From: an uncultured Thermoleophilia bacterium | GTDB lineage: Bacteria > Actinomycetota > Thermoleophilia > UBA2241 | NCBI GenBank assembly: GCA_963715985.1 | Contig: CAVQSP010000010.1 | Span: forward strand, 32,001-96,000 | Reading direction: 5' to 3' | DNA length: 64,000 nucleotides | Shown: positions 62,128-64,000 of the stretch, one piece after another | Layout of the letters: every line of letters starts with the position of its first letter | Numbering within the stretch: the stretch's first letter is position 1 | The notes under the pieces: model-generated | Told to the model about the DNA's origin: nothing | The model's input: the letters and a program-made list of their open reading frames with translations, nothing else | Databases searched by the model: none | Position numbers and translations under genes: made by a program

Positions 62128-62709
62128 CTAGGGGGTGCTCGTCGCGCCCGGCTCGGGCGTCGCCGAAGGCTCGGGCGTCAACTCAGACGGCAGGAGGTCG
62201 TCGCGGATGTCGTACAGCACACGGCCGGTGCGATAGTCGAGCATGGCGACGATGGTGTCGCCGTGCTCTGTGACCGTATCCACCGCGCCCTCCACCTGCC
62301 AGATGAACCTGTAGGTGGGCGTGACCGAGGACGTCAGTCTGCGGCCGTCGATGGTGTGCGTGAAGGCGTGCGGAGCGCGCGCCGGCACGAAGAGAAGCTG
62401 CACCTCGCGCGGGTCGACGGCCGTGCCCTTGAAGATCCACTGGGCCTTGCGCAGCGCCATTCCCGAGGTCTTGAGGGCGGCGTTGCCCGGCACGCCGATC
62501 GCCGCCAGTGCGAACGACCACCCACGCCAGGGCGCGCGCACAAACTCCATGCGCTGGCTGGGCGCCGTGTAGCGAAAGGCGACGAAGGCCGGGAAGATGA
62601 AGATGACGACGGCCGCAGCCACCAGTGTGACGACGAGCAACTGGCGGCCGCGACCGGGTCGCGCGCCGGTGGCGCGCGGGGCCTTGGGGCGGGTCGCGCC
62701 GTCAGCCAT
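62128..62709 (-). CDS. Hypothetical membrane-anchored protein
   Basis: N-terminal TM helix, Pro/Thr C-terminal tail; overlaps or abuts its neighbours in an operon. Confidence 0.65.
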   Translation of the reverse strand: MADGATRPKAPRATGARPGRGRQLLVVTLVAAAVVIFIFPAFVAFRYTAPSQRMEFVRAPWRGWSFALAAIGVPGNAALKTSGMALRKAQWIFKGTAVDPREVQLLFVPARAPHAFTHTIDGRRLTSSVTPTYRFIWQVEGAVDTVTEHGDTIVAMLDYRTGRVLYDIRDDLLPSELTPEPSATPEPGATSTP

Positions 62710-63508
62710 TCGGGGCGGTGTCCACCACGGCGCCGTCGGGCAGTACGTCGGTGTGCGCGAACACGGCGCGCCCGGCCGACTCGAGCGCCTGGAAGTAGTC
62801 CTCGTCGTGGAGCGGGTTGAGGTGCATCGGCACCAGGCGGCTCACCCCTGCCGCCTTCGCGATCCCGGCCACGGCGCTGATCTCGCTGTGGGTGGCGTAC
62901 CCCGGCAGCAGCGCGGCCGGCGCCTGCGCGGTGCGCGGGTCGGCATCGTTGTACCAGGCCTCGTGGAGCAGCACGCCGGCTCCCTCCGCGAAGCGCGCCG
63001 TCTCGGGGTCCGGGCGCGTGTCGGTGGCGAGCACGAAGTCGTCATCGACGCGGTACGCGACGCTCACGTCCGAGTGTTGCTGCGCGCGCAGGGTGATGCG
63101 GTGGCCGGCGACCTCGTTGGCACCCGCGCTGAGCGGCTCGAGGCTGACGCCCTCGAGGTCCGCCCAGTCCTTGGGGTTGTACGGCTTGCGCAGGAGCCCA
63201 GTCACCGCCGCGAACGGGTCCACGCCGTTGACGGCCGCCTCGGGGGCGTGGATCACGAGCCGGCGGCCTGGCAGCACCCCCGGCAGGTAGGCGAGCCCGC
63301 ACACGTGATCGAGGTGGTAGTGCGTGAGGAAGAGGTGCACGGCGCCACCCCCGGCCAGCAGGTCCGCCTGCGCGGGCTCGCGCAGGCGGCGCAGGCCGGT
63401 GCCGGCATCGAAGATGAAGGTGTCGTCGCCCAGCCGGCACGCGAAACACGTGGTCTCCCGCCGGTCGCTCGGCATCCATCCCATCGTCCCGAGCAGGGTC
63501 ACGCGCAT
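62702..63508 (-). CDS. Metallo-beta-lactamase-fold hydrolase (RNase Z-like)
   Basis: LLGT.G..P, FDAGTG, THYHLDH, TDT, LLHEA, MHL. Confidence 0.9.
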   Translation of the reverse strand: MRVTLLGTMGWMPSDRRETTCFACRLGDDTFIFDAGTGLRRLREPAQADLLAGGGAVHLFLTHYHLDHVCGLAYLPGVLPGRRLVIHAPEAAVNGVDPFAAVTGLLRKPYNPKDWADLEGVSLEPLSAGANEVAGHRITLRAQQHSDVSVAYRVDDDFVLATDTRPDPETARFAEGAGVLLHEAWYNDADPRTAQAPAALLPGYATHSEISAVAGIAKAAGVSRLVPMHLNPLHDEDYFQALESAGRAVFAHTDVLPDGAVVDTAPNG

Positions 63509-63548
63509 GGGGTCCTCGCCTTCTTCTACGCTGTCCGCTCAACGAGTG

Positions 63549-63572
63549 TGTACCGTCAAGCATAACGGTACA
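63549..63572. promoter_or_regulatory. Inverted-repeat operator candidate between divergent genes
   Basis: TGTACCGT-N8-ACGGTACA overlapping a TACAAT -10-like hexamer. Confidence 0.55.
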
Positions 63573-63590
63573 ATCGATTGAGGAGACAGA

Positions 63591-64000
63591 TTGTCCCCGG
63601 CGCCCGGCCAGGGAGGCCCGTGGTGGACGAGGTACTGCGCAGCGTGTCCGGCGGTCTCGACCTCGACGACGTGGCCCGGGGGTTGTGGGAGGCTGCCCTC
63701 CCGCATCTCGCGGCGGCGGTCGAGGGCGACGACACGGAGTTCCTCGGGGCGGTGGAAGACGTCGCGCGCGCCGCCGGGCTCGTCCACGTCGTGCCCGTCG
63801 CCGCGCTTCTCGACGGCTACAACGACGGCTGTCGACAGCTGTGCGCCAGGCTCCAGCGCTCCGGCACCCCGGAGACCCAGGCAGCCGCGCGCCGCCTCGC
63901 CGGCCTCGAGAACGTGGCCCTCACGCGCATCGCCAGCGGGTACTGCTCCGGCCTCGAGGAGACCATGGTGATGATGCGTCAGAGCGCGGACGAAGCGTCA
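63591..64000 (+). CDS. Hypothetical helical protein, frameshifted and truncated by the window end
   Basis: GAGGAG RBS with TTG; coding-like frame ..LENVALTRIASGYCSGLEETMVMMRQSADEAS runs off the end. Confidence 0.5.

Overview
This is a very GC-rich (about 70% by eye) bacterial chromosomal window that starts at the replication origin. The lineage looks like Actinomycetota, possibly Thermoleophilia-like and anaerobic-capable, but that is inference. From the start: 3' end of dnaA, a putative oriC, dnaN-yaaA-recF-(phosphodiesterase)-dciA-gyrB-gyrA, then a GntR regulator. Next is a minus-strand run preceded by a glycine riboswitch: aminotransferase, a GcvT-SHMT fusion, a SAM methyltransferase and a LysA-like decarboxylase. 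It continues with trpS, amide/guanidino/amine metabolism genes, tRNA-Ala(CGC), a ureohydrolase homolog lacking most metal ligands, an HTH-GAF protein, mrp and a parS site. Then come a partial lysine fermentation cluster (regulator-kamB-kamD-kamE-thiolase-kdd), an rSAM-RR-HK-htrA operon and DUF6421-rsmG-parA-parB. The window ends with a surface alpha-barrel protein + MotA/ExbB-like + DUF2149 triplet and a GT2/GT4/flippase/GT-C glycosylation locus. Many single-base frameshifts break essential genes (dnaN, gyrB, gyrA, recF) and are most likely long-read indel errors; they create false fusions in the ORF track. No CRISPR array, rRNA, integrase or transposase was seen. All family calls come from motif recognition by eye; no database searches were run.
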